Origin: Bacillota bacterium
GTDB taxonomy: Bacteria > Bacillota > Clostridia > Peptostreptococcales > Anaerovoracaceae
Direction: 5' to 3'
Length of the DNA: 64,000 nucleotides
NCBI GenBank assembly: GCA_030530285.1
Contig: JAUMVD010000001.1
Location: 26,273-90,272, forward strand
In this document: one piece after another, positions 7,878-16,866 of the stretch
Layout: every line of letters starts with the position of its first letter
Position numbering within the stretch: the first letter of the stretch is position 1
The notes under the pieces: generated by a model
What the model saw: only the letters and a program-made list of their open reading frames with translations
Databases searched by the model: none
What the model was told of the DNA's origin: nothing
Made by a program: the position numbers and the translations under genes

Positions 7878-9950
7878 ATGAACAGTTATGGACTCGACAG
7901 GGTGATATCGCCCAAACAGGTATTTCCGGCATCGGCCTGGGAACTGGACAACAGCAGCGAACTAAAGCCGGGAGAAATGCGCATCGGATTAAGACGCGTG
8001 CACGTTGAGAGCACCAGCTTCAGGCAGATCTGCCAGGAGGCGGCCAACGACGAGGATCTGATCAAAGAAAAGATAAAGGATATTGTCATCCGGCGCGGCA
8101 AGCTCCACAATCCCATTACGGATACGGGCGGTCTGTTCTACGGCTTCATCGAAGAGATCGACAGTCGGTACGAAAATGAAAAAGGCCTGAAGGTAGGAGA
8201 TGAGGTGATCTGCAACGCCTCGCTGGCGGGAGTGCCTTTGTTTATCAACAGTATCACTTCTATCGACAAAACATACCCTCAGTTTGAGGCGGACGGGTAT
8301 GCCATCGCGCTGCCCGGCGTGCCCATCATCAAAAAGCCCGAGGGAATGCCCATGGATCTGCTGCTGTTTACCTTCAACGAGTCCGGGACCATATATAAAG
8401 TAGGCAGAGAAGCGGCGGGCAAGAGCCGGTTTGCCATCATCGGCAATAACATGCTCATGTCGCTGCTCTACGGATACACGGTGAGACAGGCGGCAGGACC
8501 TGACGCGGAGGTCTACTGCGTGCTGGACAGAAACACGGACATCACGATGCAGGGCGATGGACTCAATGAGATCATGGGGCAGGTATTCACCCAGGTTTCC
8601 TACCATAACCTGATGAAACCGGTGGCTTGTCTCAGGAGCTTCAGCAAATATCCCGGCATGGATATGGTGGTGAACTGCGCGGATATTCCCGGTGCGGAGA
8701 CGGTCAGCGTGATGGCCACCAAATCCGGAGGGACCGTTGTATTCGCTAACTTCATCAGCAACTATAATATGGCCCTGTATATCACGGAAGCCATATCCAG
8801 AGATATCCGCATCACCTGCGCCGAAGGGTACCTGGAGGAGTATGACGAGTACGACTTCGAGATCGTGAAGGGCATCGCGCCTTACATCGACGGCGCCATG
8901 GTTCCGAGAAACAAGATGAAGCGCAAAGGCTTCCGGTCGGAGACGGACAAGGCGGTCTTCGATCACTACAACCACTACGATATCTCCGTGGCGGAGGATC
9001 TGGTTGCTGTGAGCAAAAAGATGCACGAAGTTCTGGATGAGATCATGAGCGTATCCCGTTATGACTGCAACGTCCTGATCACGGGAGAAACAGGCGTAGG
9101 TAAGGAAAAGGTGGCGAATATCATACAGAAAAACAGCGCCAGGAAAATGCAGCCGTTCGTCAAGATCAACTGCGCGTCCATACCGCCGAATCTGATGGAA
9201 TCGGAGTTCTTTGGTTATGAGAAAGGCGCATTTACAGGAGCAGACGCGAAGGGCAAACGCGGGTATTTCGAAGTTGCGGAAGGCGGCGTCATCTTCCTGG
9301 ATGAGGTGGGGGAACTGCCTCTTGATATCCAGGCCAAGCTTCTCAGAGTCATCCAGGACGGAGAATTCATGCGGGTCGGCGGCACGAAACCGGTCAAGAC
9401 CAACGTGAGGATTTTATCGGCCACCAACAGGGATCTGGAGGAACAGGTGCGGAACAAAGCCTTCCGAAGGGATCTGTATTACAGGTTGAACGTATTCCCG
9501 ATCAATGTGCCGGCGCTGGACGAGAGGAAGGATGATATCCCGCCGCTGGTGGACAATTTCATCAGGAAATACAACGAGAAATTCGGCATCAATAAGTTTA
9601 TGGACGACGATGCCAAGGATTATCTGGCGGCCCAGAGCTGGCCGGGCAACATCAGGGAATTGGAAAATGTGACCCAGAGACTTATGATCTCAAGTCCCAA
9701 CGACATGATCACGCTGGTCGATGTCATGAAAGAGCTGGGAGGAGACCTGATCAGCGCTGCCGATCTGGACGCGCAGGTCAAGCAGCTGGAGGAAGGAGAG
9801 ATTGGCCTGACCAAGGCGGTGGAGTCATTCGAAAAGGCGATCATACAGAACGCCTGCAAGAAATACGGATCCACCAGAAAGACGGCCAAGGCCATAGGAA
9901 TCTCCCAGACGCAGCTGGTGAGAAAAAAGAACAAATACGAAATAGGATGA
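7878..9950 (+). CDS. sigma-54-dependent transcriptional activator with an N-terminal Kdd-like (3,5-diaminohexanoate dehydrogenase-like) domain
   Basis: AAA+ domain with GETGVGKE, GAFTGA, VIFLDEVGEL and RDLYYRLNV. C-terminal Fis-type HTH STRKTAKAIGISQTQLVRK. Residues ~1-345 align by eye along the full length of the Kdd encoded at 10250. Confidence 0.85.
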   Translation: MNSYGLDRVISPKQVFPASAWELDNSSELKPGEMRIGLRRVHVESTSFRQICQEAANDEDLIKEKIKDIVIRRGKLHNPITDTGGLFYGFIEEIDSRYENEKGLKVGDEVICNASLAGVPLFINSITSIDKTYPQFEADGYAIALPGVPIIKKPEGMPMDLLLFTFNESGTIYKVGREAAGKSRFAIIGNNMLMSLLYGYTVRQAAGPDAEVYCVLDRNTDITMQGDGLNEIMGQVFTQVSYHNLMKPVACLRSFSKYPGMDMVVNCADIPGAETVSVMATKSGGTVVFANFISNYNMALYITEAISRDIRITCAEGYLEEYDEYDFEIVKGIAPYIDGAMVPRNKMKRKGFRSETDKAVFDHYNHYDISVAEDLVAVSKKMHEVLDEIMSVSRYDCNVLITGETGVGKEKVANIIQKNSARKMQPFVKINCASIPPNLMESEFFGYEKGAFTGADAKGKRGYFEVAEGGVIFLDEVGELPLDIQAKLLRVIQDGEFMRVGGTKPVKTNVRILSATNRDLEEQVRNKAFRRDLYYRLNVFPINVPALDERKDDIPPLVDNFIRKYNEKFGINKFMDDDAKDYLAAQSWPGNIRELENVTQRLMISSPNDMITLVDVMKELGGDLISAADLDAQVKQLEEGEIGLTKAVESFEKAIIQNACKKYGSTRKTAKAIGISQTQLVRKKNKYEIG

Positions 9951-9977
9951 AACATGATCATCATTAAAGGAGATTGG

Positions 9978-10011
9978 ATATGCGAACCGATTTTGGTTCG
10001 CATATTTTTTG
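9978..10011 (+). terminator. rho-independent terminator of the activator gene; its stem also contains GAACC-N6-GGTTC (site 2)
   Basis: ATATGCGAACC-GATTTT-GGTTCGCATAT followed by TTTTTT. Confidence 0.7.
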
Positions 10012-10139
10012 CCTTTGAACCGAAAGCGGAGCGCATAGGGCGGCGCCGCCTTTCACGGCGTGCGCGCCTTGACGGAAACAAAAAAATATAACGTGCGGAA
10101 CCCTTGGAGTTTCAACGCCGCAACTTGATTGTTAAGAAA

Positions 10140-10157
10140 TTGGCATACAAGTTGCTT
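10140..10157 (+). promoter_or_regulatory. sigma-54 (-24/-12) promoter of the kdd-kamA-...-atoA operon
   Basis: TTGGCAT-ACAAG-TTGCTT, with GG at 10142-43 and GC at 10154-55. It lies about 95 nt upstream of the kdd ATG. Confidence 0.75.
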
Positions 10158-10249
10158 AATATAGAGACACGTTAAAGCAGCCTTTGTGACAAAGGCGTAG
10201 GCCTTGGCACAAGGCTATCAGATAATTTGTTTTAGGAGGAATTAGAAAC

Positions 10250-11317
10250 ATGAAACACGGAAGCCCTTACGGAACACACAGAGTTATTTCACCAAAAGGC
10301 GTACTGCCACAGCCTGCAGATGTCATCGACAACACGATGGAAATCTATGACAACGAAGTTCTGATCGACGTACAGACACTGAACATCGACTCAGCTTCAT
10401 TCACAGAGATCGTCAGAAGATCATGTGACGGCAAGAAGCCTGTTGACATCGACAATTCACCTGAAGATCAGGAAAAAGTTAAGAAGACAATGATGGAAAT
10501 CGTTGCCAAGGCCGGTAAGCACAAGAACCCTTGGACAGGTTCCGGCGGCATGCTGATCGGTACAGTTAAGGAAATCGGACCTGCTTACGAAGGCGACCTG
10601 AAGGTTGGCGACAAGATCGCAACTCTGGTTTCACTGTCACTGACTCCGCTGGTAATCGAAGAGATCCACGAAATGAGACCTGGAATCGATCAGGTTGACA
10701 TTACCGGACAGGCAATCCTCTTCCAGAGCGGTATCTATGCAGTACTTCCGGATGATATGCCGGAAGGTCTGGCACTGTCAGCACTGGACGTTGCAGGAGC
10801 TCCTGCACAGGCTGCGAAACTGTCACACCCTGGCGACACGATCCTGGTTATCGGCGGCGGCGGCAAGTCAGGTCTTCTCTGCCTGTATGAAGCAAAGAAG
10901 AGAGCTGGCGTAACCGGTAAGGTAATCTGCGCTGCAGGTTCACAGAAATCAGAAGACAGAGCCAGAAATCTGGATCTGGCAGACGAATACTTCCACATGG
11001 ATGCAACGGATGCAGTCGGAATGTATGAGAAGATCATGGAGCTGACTGACGGCAAACTGTGTGACGTTGTTATCAACTGCGTAAACATCCCGAACACAGA
11101 AATGGCATCCATCCTTTCCTGTAAGGATGACGGCGTAGTTTACTTCTTCTCAATGGCAACTGACTTCACAAAGGCAGCCCTGGGCGCAGAAGGCGTTGGC
11201 AAGGACGTAAACATGATGGTAGGAAACGGATACACCAAGGGCCACGCAGCAATCACTCTGCAGGTTCTCAGAGAGCACGAAGGCATCAAGAAGCTCTTTG
11301 AAGAAATGTATGCGTAA
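10250..11317 (+). CDS. kdd: L-erythro-3,5-diaminohexanoate dehydrogenase
   Basis: 355 aa with Rossmann loop VIGGGGKSGLL. It sits directly upstream of kamA, and strong SD AGGAGG precedes the ATG. Confidence 0.75.
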   Translation: MKHGSPYGTHRVISPKGVLPQPADVIDNTMEIYDNEVLIDVQTLNIDSASFTEIVRRSCDGKKPVDIDNSPEDQEKVKKTMMEIVAKAGKHKNPWTGSGGMLIGTVKEIGPAYEGDLKVGDKIATLVSLSLTPLVIEEIHEMRPGIDQVDITGQAILFQSGIYAVLPDDMPEGLALSALDVAGAPAQAAKLSHPGDTILVIGGGGKSGLLCLYEAKKRAGVTGKVICAAGSQKSEDRARNLDLADEYFHMDATDAVGMYEKIMELTDGKLCDVVINCVNIPNTEMASILSCKDDGVVYFFSMATDFTKAALGAEGVGKDVNMMVGNGYTKGHAAITLQVLREHEGIKKLFEEMYA

Positions 11318-11374
11318 GCGAGCCGCTTAAATCAAGTTGAGTAGTTTTACCAAATCGATGAAAAGGAGATAAAC

Positions 11375-12634
11375 ATGGCTATTAGAAATTGGAAAGACAT
11401 TCCTCTCTTCAAGGATGTAACAGAGGAACAGTGGAACGACTGGCATTGGCAGGTCGCGAACAGACTGGATTCAGTAGAAAAGATCAAGCAGGTTGTGAAC
11501 CTTACTCCTGAAGAAGAGGCAGACATTGCTAAGGTTATGAACGGCTTCAGAGTTGGCATCACTCCATACTACGCTTCACTGATGGATCCTGATGATCCAC
11601 ACTGCCCGGTAAGGATGCAGGCGGTTCCTACACTCGCTGAAACTCACAGAGCAGAATCAGATATGCTGGACCCTCTTCACGAAGATGAAGACTCCCCGGC
11701 ACCTGGACTGACTCACAGATATCCTGACAGAGTTCTCTTCCTGATCACAGACCAGTGCTCCATGTACTGCAGACACTGTACGAGAAGAAGACTGGCAGGA
11801 GAAACTGATGGCGCCAGAAGCATGGACGACATCAATGCATGTATCGAATATATCCGTAAGACTCCTGTAGTAAGAGACGTTCTCCTCTCAGGCGGCGATG
11901 CGCTTTGCGTTGAGACTGACGTTCTCGAATACATCATCAGCGAGCTGAGAAAGATCGATCACGTTGAGATCGTAAGAATCGGATCCAGAACTCCTGTCGT
12001 TATGCCGCAGAGAATCACAGATGAGCTTTGCGATATGCTGAAGAAATATCATCCGATTTGGCTGAACACTCACTTCAATCACCCGAAGGAATTCACTCCG
12101 GAATCAGCAGAAGCATGCAGGAAGCTGGCAGACGCAGGAATTCCGCTCGGAAACCAGTCAGTACTCTGCAGAGGCATCAATGACGACGTACATGTCATGA
12201 GAAATCTGGTTCAGCTCTGCTGCAAGAACAGAGTTCGTCCGTACTACATTTATCAGTGCGACCTGTCACTGGGTATTGAACACTTCAGAACTCCTGTCGC
12301 AAAGGGCATCGAGATCATCGAAGGACTCAGAGGTCACACATCAGGTTATGCGGTACCGACATTTGTCATCGACGCTCCCGGCGGCGGCGGCAAGACTCCG
12401 GTAATGCCGCAGTATGTCATTTCACAGACTCCTGATAAGGTTATCCTGAGAAACTACGAAGGCGTTATCACGACTTACACCGAGCCGTCCAACCTGCCTC
12501 CGCTTCAGTGCAGCTACGAGAACTGCAAGAACATCGAAGATTATCACTATGAAGGTGTTGCAGGACTGGCACAGGGCGAAAGAATGTCAATGGAACCGGC
12601 TCATCTGCTGAGACACGAAAGAAACAAGAAATAA
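11375..12634 (+). CDS. kamA: L-lysine 2,3-aminomutase (radical SAM, PLP)
   Basis: CSMYCRHCTRRR cluster motif, LLSGGDAL, and a typical 419-aa length. Confidence 0.9.
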   Translation: MAIRNWKDIPLFKDVTEEQWNDWHWQVANRLDSVEKIKQVVNLTPEEEADIAKVMNGFRVGITPYYASLMDPDDPHCPVRMQAVPTLAETHRAESDMLDPLHEDEDSPAPGLTHRYPDRVLFLITDQCSMYCRHCTRRRLAGETDGARSMDDINACIEYIRKTPVVRDVLLSGGDALCVETDVLEYIISELRKIDHVEIVRIGSRTPVVMPQRITDELCDMLKKYHPIWLNTHFNHPKEFTPESAEACRKLADAGIPLGNQSVLCRGINDDVHVMRNLVQLCCKNRVRPYYIYQCDLSLGIEHFRTPVAKGIEIIEGLRGHTSGYAVPTFVIDAPGGGGKTPVMPQYVISQTPDKVILRNYEGVITTYTEPSNLPPLQCSYENCKNIEDYHYEGVAGLAQGERMSMEPAHLLRHERNKK

Positions 12635-12638
12635 TTAA

Positions 12639-13649
12639 ATGTACCTATTAGAAGAATTATCACAGAAATACAAGAGAATATCTATAGTCGGCATGGCGAA
12701 AAACGCCGGCAAGACTACAGCGCTGAATTACCTTATAGAGGAGGCCATGGACGAAGGCATCGCCCTGGGCGTCACTTCTACAGGCAGAGACGGCGAAGGA
12801 ACAGATGTTGTCACGGGTACTGACAAACCTCGTGTATTTCTGGATACAGACACTATCGTATCGGTGCCAACACAGCTTTATGAGCTGGCAGACGCCGGCC
12901 TGGAGATCGTTAAGATGACTGAATACGGCTCGTCACTGGGGCAGATCATGCTCTGCAGAGTTGTCAGCAGCGGATACGTGCAGGTAGCAGGGCCGGTAAT
13001 CAACGCGCAGCACATCAAGATGTGTGAAGAAATGATCCGGTTAGGTGCCCAGCTGGTGCTTATAGATGGTGCGATAGACAGGAAATCTATCGCGGCACCG
13101 GGGACATCGGATGCGATAATCCTGTCCACAGGAGCGGTTTTATCGAGAAAAATGAGCAGAGTCGTAGAGGAGACGGCGCATACCGTCAACCTCTACCGCC
13201 TGCCTTGTCTCGAGGATGGACGGGAGAGAGAATTATTGACCGGAGAGAGCGAAAATATCCTCCTGATCAGGGATGGGGAACTGGTGGCCCTCGATCTGAA
13301 CACAGGCCTTGGCGCAGGGAGATTCCTGGACGCCAAGATCGATGATAAGGTCAGCCACATCTATGTTCCGGGGGCGTTTACACAAAGCATTGTTTCGGAC
13401 ATCAATCCTAAGAAATTAAAGAACGTCACATTCGTGCTCAAAGATCCTACGAAGATCTTTATCGGAGCTACGATGTGGAATCAGTTCAGAAAAAAGGGAC
13501 TTACGGTAAAGGTGCTCGAAAATATCAATGTTGCAGCGATCACAGTAAACCCCACATCGCCGGGAGGCTATTCGTTCGATCATGAAAGTTTGCTGAACGC
13601 CATGCAGGAAGCGATTCCGGATATACCTGTTCTGGATGTACGTATGTAG
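12639..13649 (+). CDS. P-loop NTPase of unknown function embedded in the kam operon
   Basis: Walker A VGMAKNAGKTT near the N-terminus. Tightly packed between kamA and the MutS-like gene. Confidence 0.6.
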   Translation: MYLLEELSQKYKRISIVGMAKNAGKTTALNYLIEEAMDEGIALGVTSTGRDGEGTDVVTGTDKPRVFLDTDTIVSVPTQLYELADAGLEIVKMTEYGSSLGQIMLCRVVSSGYVQVAGPVINAQHIKMCEEMIRLGAQLVLIDGAIDRKSIAAPGTSDAIILSTGAVLSRKMSRVVEETAHTVNLYRLPCLEDGRERELLTGESENILLIRDGELVALDLNTGLGAGRFLDAKIDDKVSHIYVPGAFTQSIVSDINPKKLKNVTFVLKDPTKIFIGATMWNQFRKKGLTVKVLENINVAAITVNPTSPGGYSFDHESLLNAMQEAIPDIPVLDVRM

Positions 13650-13658
13650 GAGACCGAG

Positions 13659-15296
13659 ATGTCTATAGCTGTAAAGAGACTGGCAAATCAAAAGACAAGA
13701 CGTGAAACAGGGCTGGACTATGTCGTTTCCGCCATGAATCTGCTGACTCCCTTTGGAAGCAAGCAGATCAAAGAGCAGAAGCCGTTTTTCCCGGGGCAGG
13801 AGGGAGCCCTGGAAGAAGAGCTTTTGCGCGTAGAGAAGATGGTTGATACGGCGGAAGCGAACAGCAGAGAAATAGGCGTGCTGCAGGAAACATTCATGAT
13901 GTTAAAGGACAACACCTTCACCATCGAGAGAAGTGAGAATTCGGTGCTGTCCGTCGTAGAGATCTTTGAGATCAAAAATCTGCTGCTGCTGATGGAGAAA
14001 ATCAGAGGCATCAGCGGCAGGATAGAATTGCCTGGCGAATTCGTGCCCGAAGATGTGACCGAGCTGCTGGACGTGCTCGATCCGGGCGGAGATAGGCTCA
14101 ATACCTTTTACATTTATGATTCTTTTTCCGAGAAGCTTGCGGAGCTCAGGAAAGAAAAGAAGCAGATGGACAGGGAAATCAGAGTCAGACAAAAGGCGCT
14201 GAAATCAGAGATCCAGAAAACGTATGGCTTGGTGCTCACACCCAAATTCGATATCACCGTATCGAGGAGCGACGAAGCCGGTATAAAAATGATAGAAGAG
14301 ATTTCCGATTTGACGAAATCGGATGAAGACTATATGTCAGTAACCTACACTCTCGTGCCCGGCGAAGACGTTCAGGAGCTTTTGCGAAAATCGGACGATA
14401 TTTCGGCGGACATTGAGGAAGAAGAGCTGAGAGTGCGGGAAATACTGTCAAAGGAAATCCACAAACATGCAGAACTGCTTCTGGACAATTGCGATCGGAT
14501 CGGCAAGCTGGACATCGTTCTGGCAAAGGCTTTGTACGCCATATCGCATCACTGCGTACGCCCTGAGATCGTCCGGGAGCACGTGGTGGAATTTACGGAC
14601 GGCAGGCATCTGCAGGTAGAAGAGATCATCAAGAAAAAAGGCGGGGAATACTGCCCCGTTAGTATATCTCTAAGTGATGGGGTAACATGCATTACGGGAG
14701 CCAATATGGGGGGAAAGACCATTTCGCTGAAACTCACCGGAATGGTCGCCATCCTGGCTCAGTACGGATATTTCGTCCCGTGCAAAAGCGCGCGGGTAGG
14801 TCTCAGCAATTTCATGCAGATACTGATCGGGGACAGTCAGTCGATCGAGAGAGGACTCTCCAGTTTCGGAAGCGAGATGGAAGAACTGAAGGAGATCATG
14901 GACAACAGCACGGACAGATCGCTTTTGCTCATCGATGAGATCGCCAGCGGAACAAATCCGGTAGAGGGACTGGCGCTCACGAAGAGCATCGTTGACTATC
15001 TCAAAGGCAAGGCGTTCATCTCCCTGATCACCACTCATTTCGAGACGGTGACGGCGGATAAGGACGTCGTCAATATGCAGGTCACGGGACTTGCGAATGT
15101 GGATTTCGACAAACTAAACAGGGAGATCAGGTACGCAAACAGGCGCGAGAGGATCGGGATCATCCAGAAGTACATGGATTACCGCCTGACGCGGGTTGAC
15201 GACGCTGCCGAGATCCCTAAAGATGCCTTGAACATAGCGAAGATGCTGGGCATCGATGACAGCATTATAGAAAAGGCAAAACAGTACATAGTTTAA
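13659..15296 (+). CDS. MutS-family ATPase (domain V only; no mismatch-binding or Smr domain)
   Basis: ITGANMGGKTISLK (Walker A), LLLIDEIASGTNPVEG (Walker B/signature), TTHF. The N-terminal ~300 aa are helical and charged. Confidence 0.75.
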   Translation: MSIAVKRLANQKTRRETGLDYVVSAMNLLTPFGSKQIKEQKPFFPGQEGALEEELLRVEKMVDTAEANSREIGVLQETFMMLKDNTFTIERSENSVLSVVEIFEIKNLLLLMEKIRGISGRIELPGEFVPEDVTELLDVLDPGGDRLNTFYIYDSFSEKLAELRKEKKQMDREIRVRQKALKSEIQKTYGLVLTPKFDITVSRSDEAGIKMIEEISDLTKSDEDYMSVTYTLVPGEDVQELLRKSDDISADIEEEELRVREILSKEIHKHAELLLDNCDRIGKLDIVLAKALYAISHHCVRPEIVREHVVEFTDGRHLQVEEIIKKKGGEYCPVSISLSDGVTCITGANMGGKTISLKLTGMVAILAQYGYFVPCKSARVGLSNFMQILIGDSQSIERGLSSFGSEMEELKEIMDNSTDRSLLLIDEIASGTNPVEGLALTKSIVDYLKGKAFISLITTHFETVTADKDVVNMQVTGLANVDFDKLNREIRYANRRERIGIIQKYMDYRLTRVDDAAEIPKDALNIAKMLGIDDSIIEKAKQYIV

Positions 15297-15309
15297 AAGG
15301 AGAAAAAGG

Positions 15310-16866
15310 ATGAAAAGCAAACTGAACCTGGACCCTAAAAAGGTTGATCATGCTCGAAACAGCGCTGCCAAGATCGCTAAGAGCATGCAGGAATTCATCG
15401 ACAGGCACACTACAGTAAGTACGGAGAGAACCATTCTCAGACTTCTGGGTGTTGACGGTGTCGATGAGGTAGATACTCCACTGCCGAATGTGGTAGTTGA
15501 CCAGATCCTCGATGCGGGCGGCCTGCCAAGGGGTGTTGCGTATTGGATTGGAAATGCTATGATCCAGACCGGCAAAGAGCCGCAGGAAATAGCTGAGGAA
15601 ATGGCCGCAGGTAATCTGGACGTGACGAAGCTGCCGCTGGCTTCAAAGGAAGAAGCGGAAGCCAAGATCATGCCTAAGGTACACGAAGCATTAAAGACTA
15701 TCAGGGCACAGACAGAGAAACGAAATGAGTATCTGGCCACTATCGGAGAAGGCAGAAGGCCGTATCTGTATGTAATCGTTGCTACAGGTAATATCTACGA
15801 AGACGTCGTTCAGGCACAGGCTGCGGCGAGACAGGGCGCTGATATCATCGCCGTTATCAGAACCACCGCGCAGTCACTGCTGGACTACGTTCCTTATGGA
15901 CCTACGACTGAAGGTTTCGGCGGCACATATGCCACGCAGGAAAACTTTAGAATCATGAGAAAAGCGCTTGACGAGGTTGGTGAAGAAGTCGGCAGATATA
16001 TCAGACTTTGCAACTACTCATCAGGAATGTGCATGCCTGAAATCGCTGCAATGGGAGCTATCGAGAGACTGGATGTCATGCTCAATGACGCGCTCTACGG
16101 AATCCTGTTCAGAGACATCAACATGCAGAGAACACTGGTAGACCAGTACTTCTCCAGAGTCATTATCGGTTACTGCGACATTATCTTCAACTCAGGTGAA
16201 GATAACTATCTGACTACAGATGACGCGTATGAAAACGCGCATACCGTTCTGGCGTCACAGCTGATCAACGAACAGTTCGCCGTACTGGCAAACGTTAAAG
16301 AAGAGCAGATGGGTCTCGGCCACGCCTTCGAGATGGATCCGGATATCGAGAACGGATTCCTCTATGAACTGGCACAGGCCGTCATGGCCAGGGAGATCTT
16401 CCCGAACGCTCCTCTGAAGTACATGCCTCCAACGAAGTACATGACAGGAAATATCTTTAAGGGCAATGTACAGGACGCGCTGTTCAACATGATCGCGATC
16501 TGGTCAGGACAGTCACTGCAGCTTTTGGGTATGCTGACAGAAGCCATCCACACACCGCATATGCATGACAGATACCTCTCCATCGAAAATGCGCAGTACA
16601 TTTTCAACAATATGAGAGATATCGGATCAGAAGTGGAATTCAAAGAGGGCGGTATCATCCAGTCCAGAGCGCAGCTCGTACTGGACAAGGCGGATAAGCT
16701 CCTGGAAGAGATCGTCGAAGAAGGTCTGTTCTCAACAATTGAACAGGGTAAGTTCGGCGGAGTCAAGAGACCTAGAGATGGCGGAAAAGGACTCAGCGGC
16801 GTTTGCGTCAAGGATGACGAGTACTTCAATCCGTTCATTCCACTCATGTTAGGAGGTGCAGAATAA
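15310..16866 (+). CDS. kamD: lysine 5,6-aminomutase alpha subunit
   Basis: 518 aa TIM-barrel-type sequence, immediately followed and overlapped by the B12-binding subunit gene. Confidence 0.8.
   Translation: MKSKLNLDPKKVDHARNSAAKIAKSMQEFIDRHTTVSTERTILRLLGVDGVDEVDTPLPNVVVDQILDAGGLPRGVAYWIGNAMIQTGKEPQEIAEEMAAGNLDVTKLPLASKEEAEAKIMPKVHEALKTIRAQTEKRNEYLATIGEGRRPYLYVIVATGNIYEDVVQAQAAARQGADIIAVIRTTAQSLLDYVPYGPTTEGFGGTYATQENFRIMRKALDEVGEEVGRYIRLCNYSSGMCMPEIAAMGAIERLDVMLNDALYGILFRDINMQRTLVDQYFSRVIIGYCDIIFNSGEDNYLTTDDAYENAHTVLASQLINEQFAVLANVKEEQMGLGHAFEMDPDIENGFLYELAQAVMAREIFPNAPLKYMPPTKYMTGNIFKGNVQDALFNMIAIWSGQSLQLLGMLTEAIHTPHMHDRYLSIENAQYIFNNMRDIGSEVEFKEGGIIQSRAQLVLDKADKLLEEIVEEGLFSTIEQGKFGGVKRPRDGGKGLSGVCVKDDEYFNPFIPLMLGGAE

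Noticed and set aside
7989-9026. 345-aa reverse-strand ORF inside the sigma-54 activator gene. Similar long antisense ORFs are listed at 40286..41377, 41668..42723, 42551..43492, 47794..49200, 53410..54555, 54858..55715 and 58225..59535.
   Set aside because: Each lies entirely opposite a gene with clear family motifs. Their translations are low-complexity (R/H/G/D-rich) with no SD or recognisable motif. They are shadow ORFs of the coding strand.
10205-10221. A second TGGCAC (10205-10210) as another sigma-54 -24 element.
   Set aside because: The sequence at the -12 position is TATCA rather than TTGCW. The TGGCAC is part of the GCCTTG-GCA-CAAGGC palindrome.
13659-15296. MutS-like gene as a DNA mismatch-repair or MutS2 recombination protein.
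   Set aside because: It lacks the mismatch-binding N-terminal domain and the Smr nuclease domain, and it is embedded in a metabolic operon under a sigma-54 promoter.
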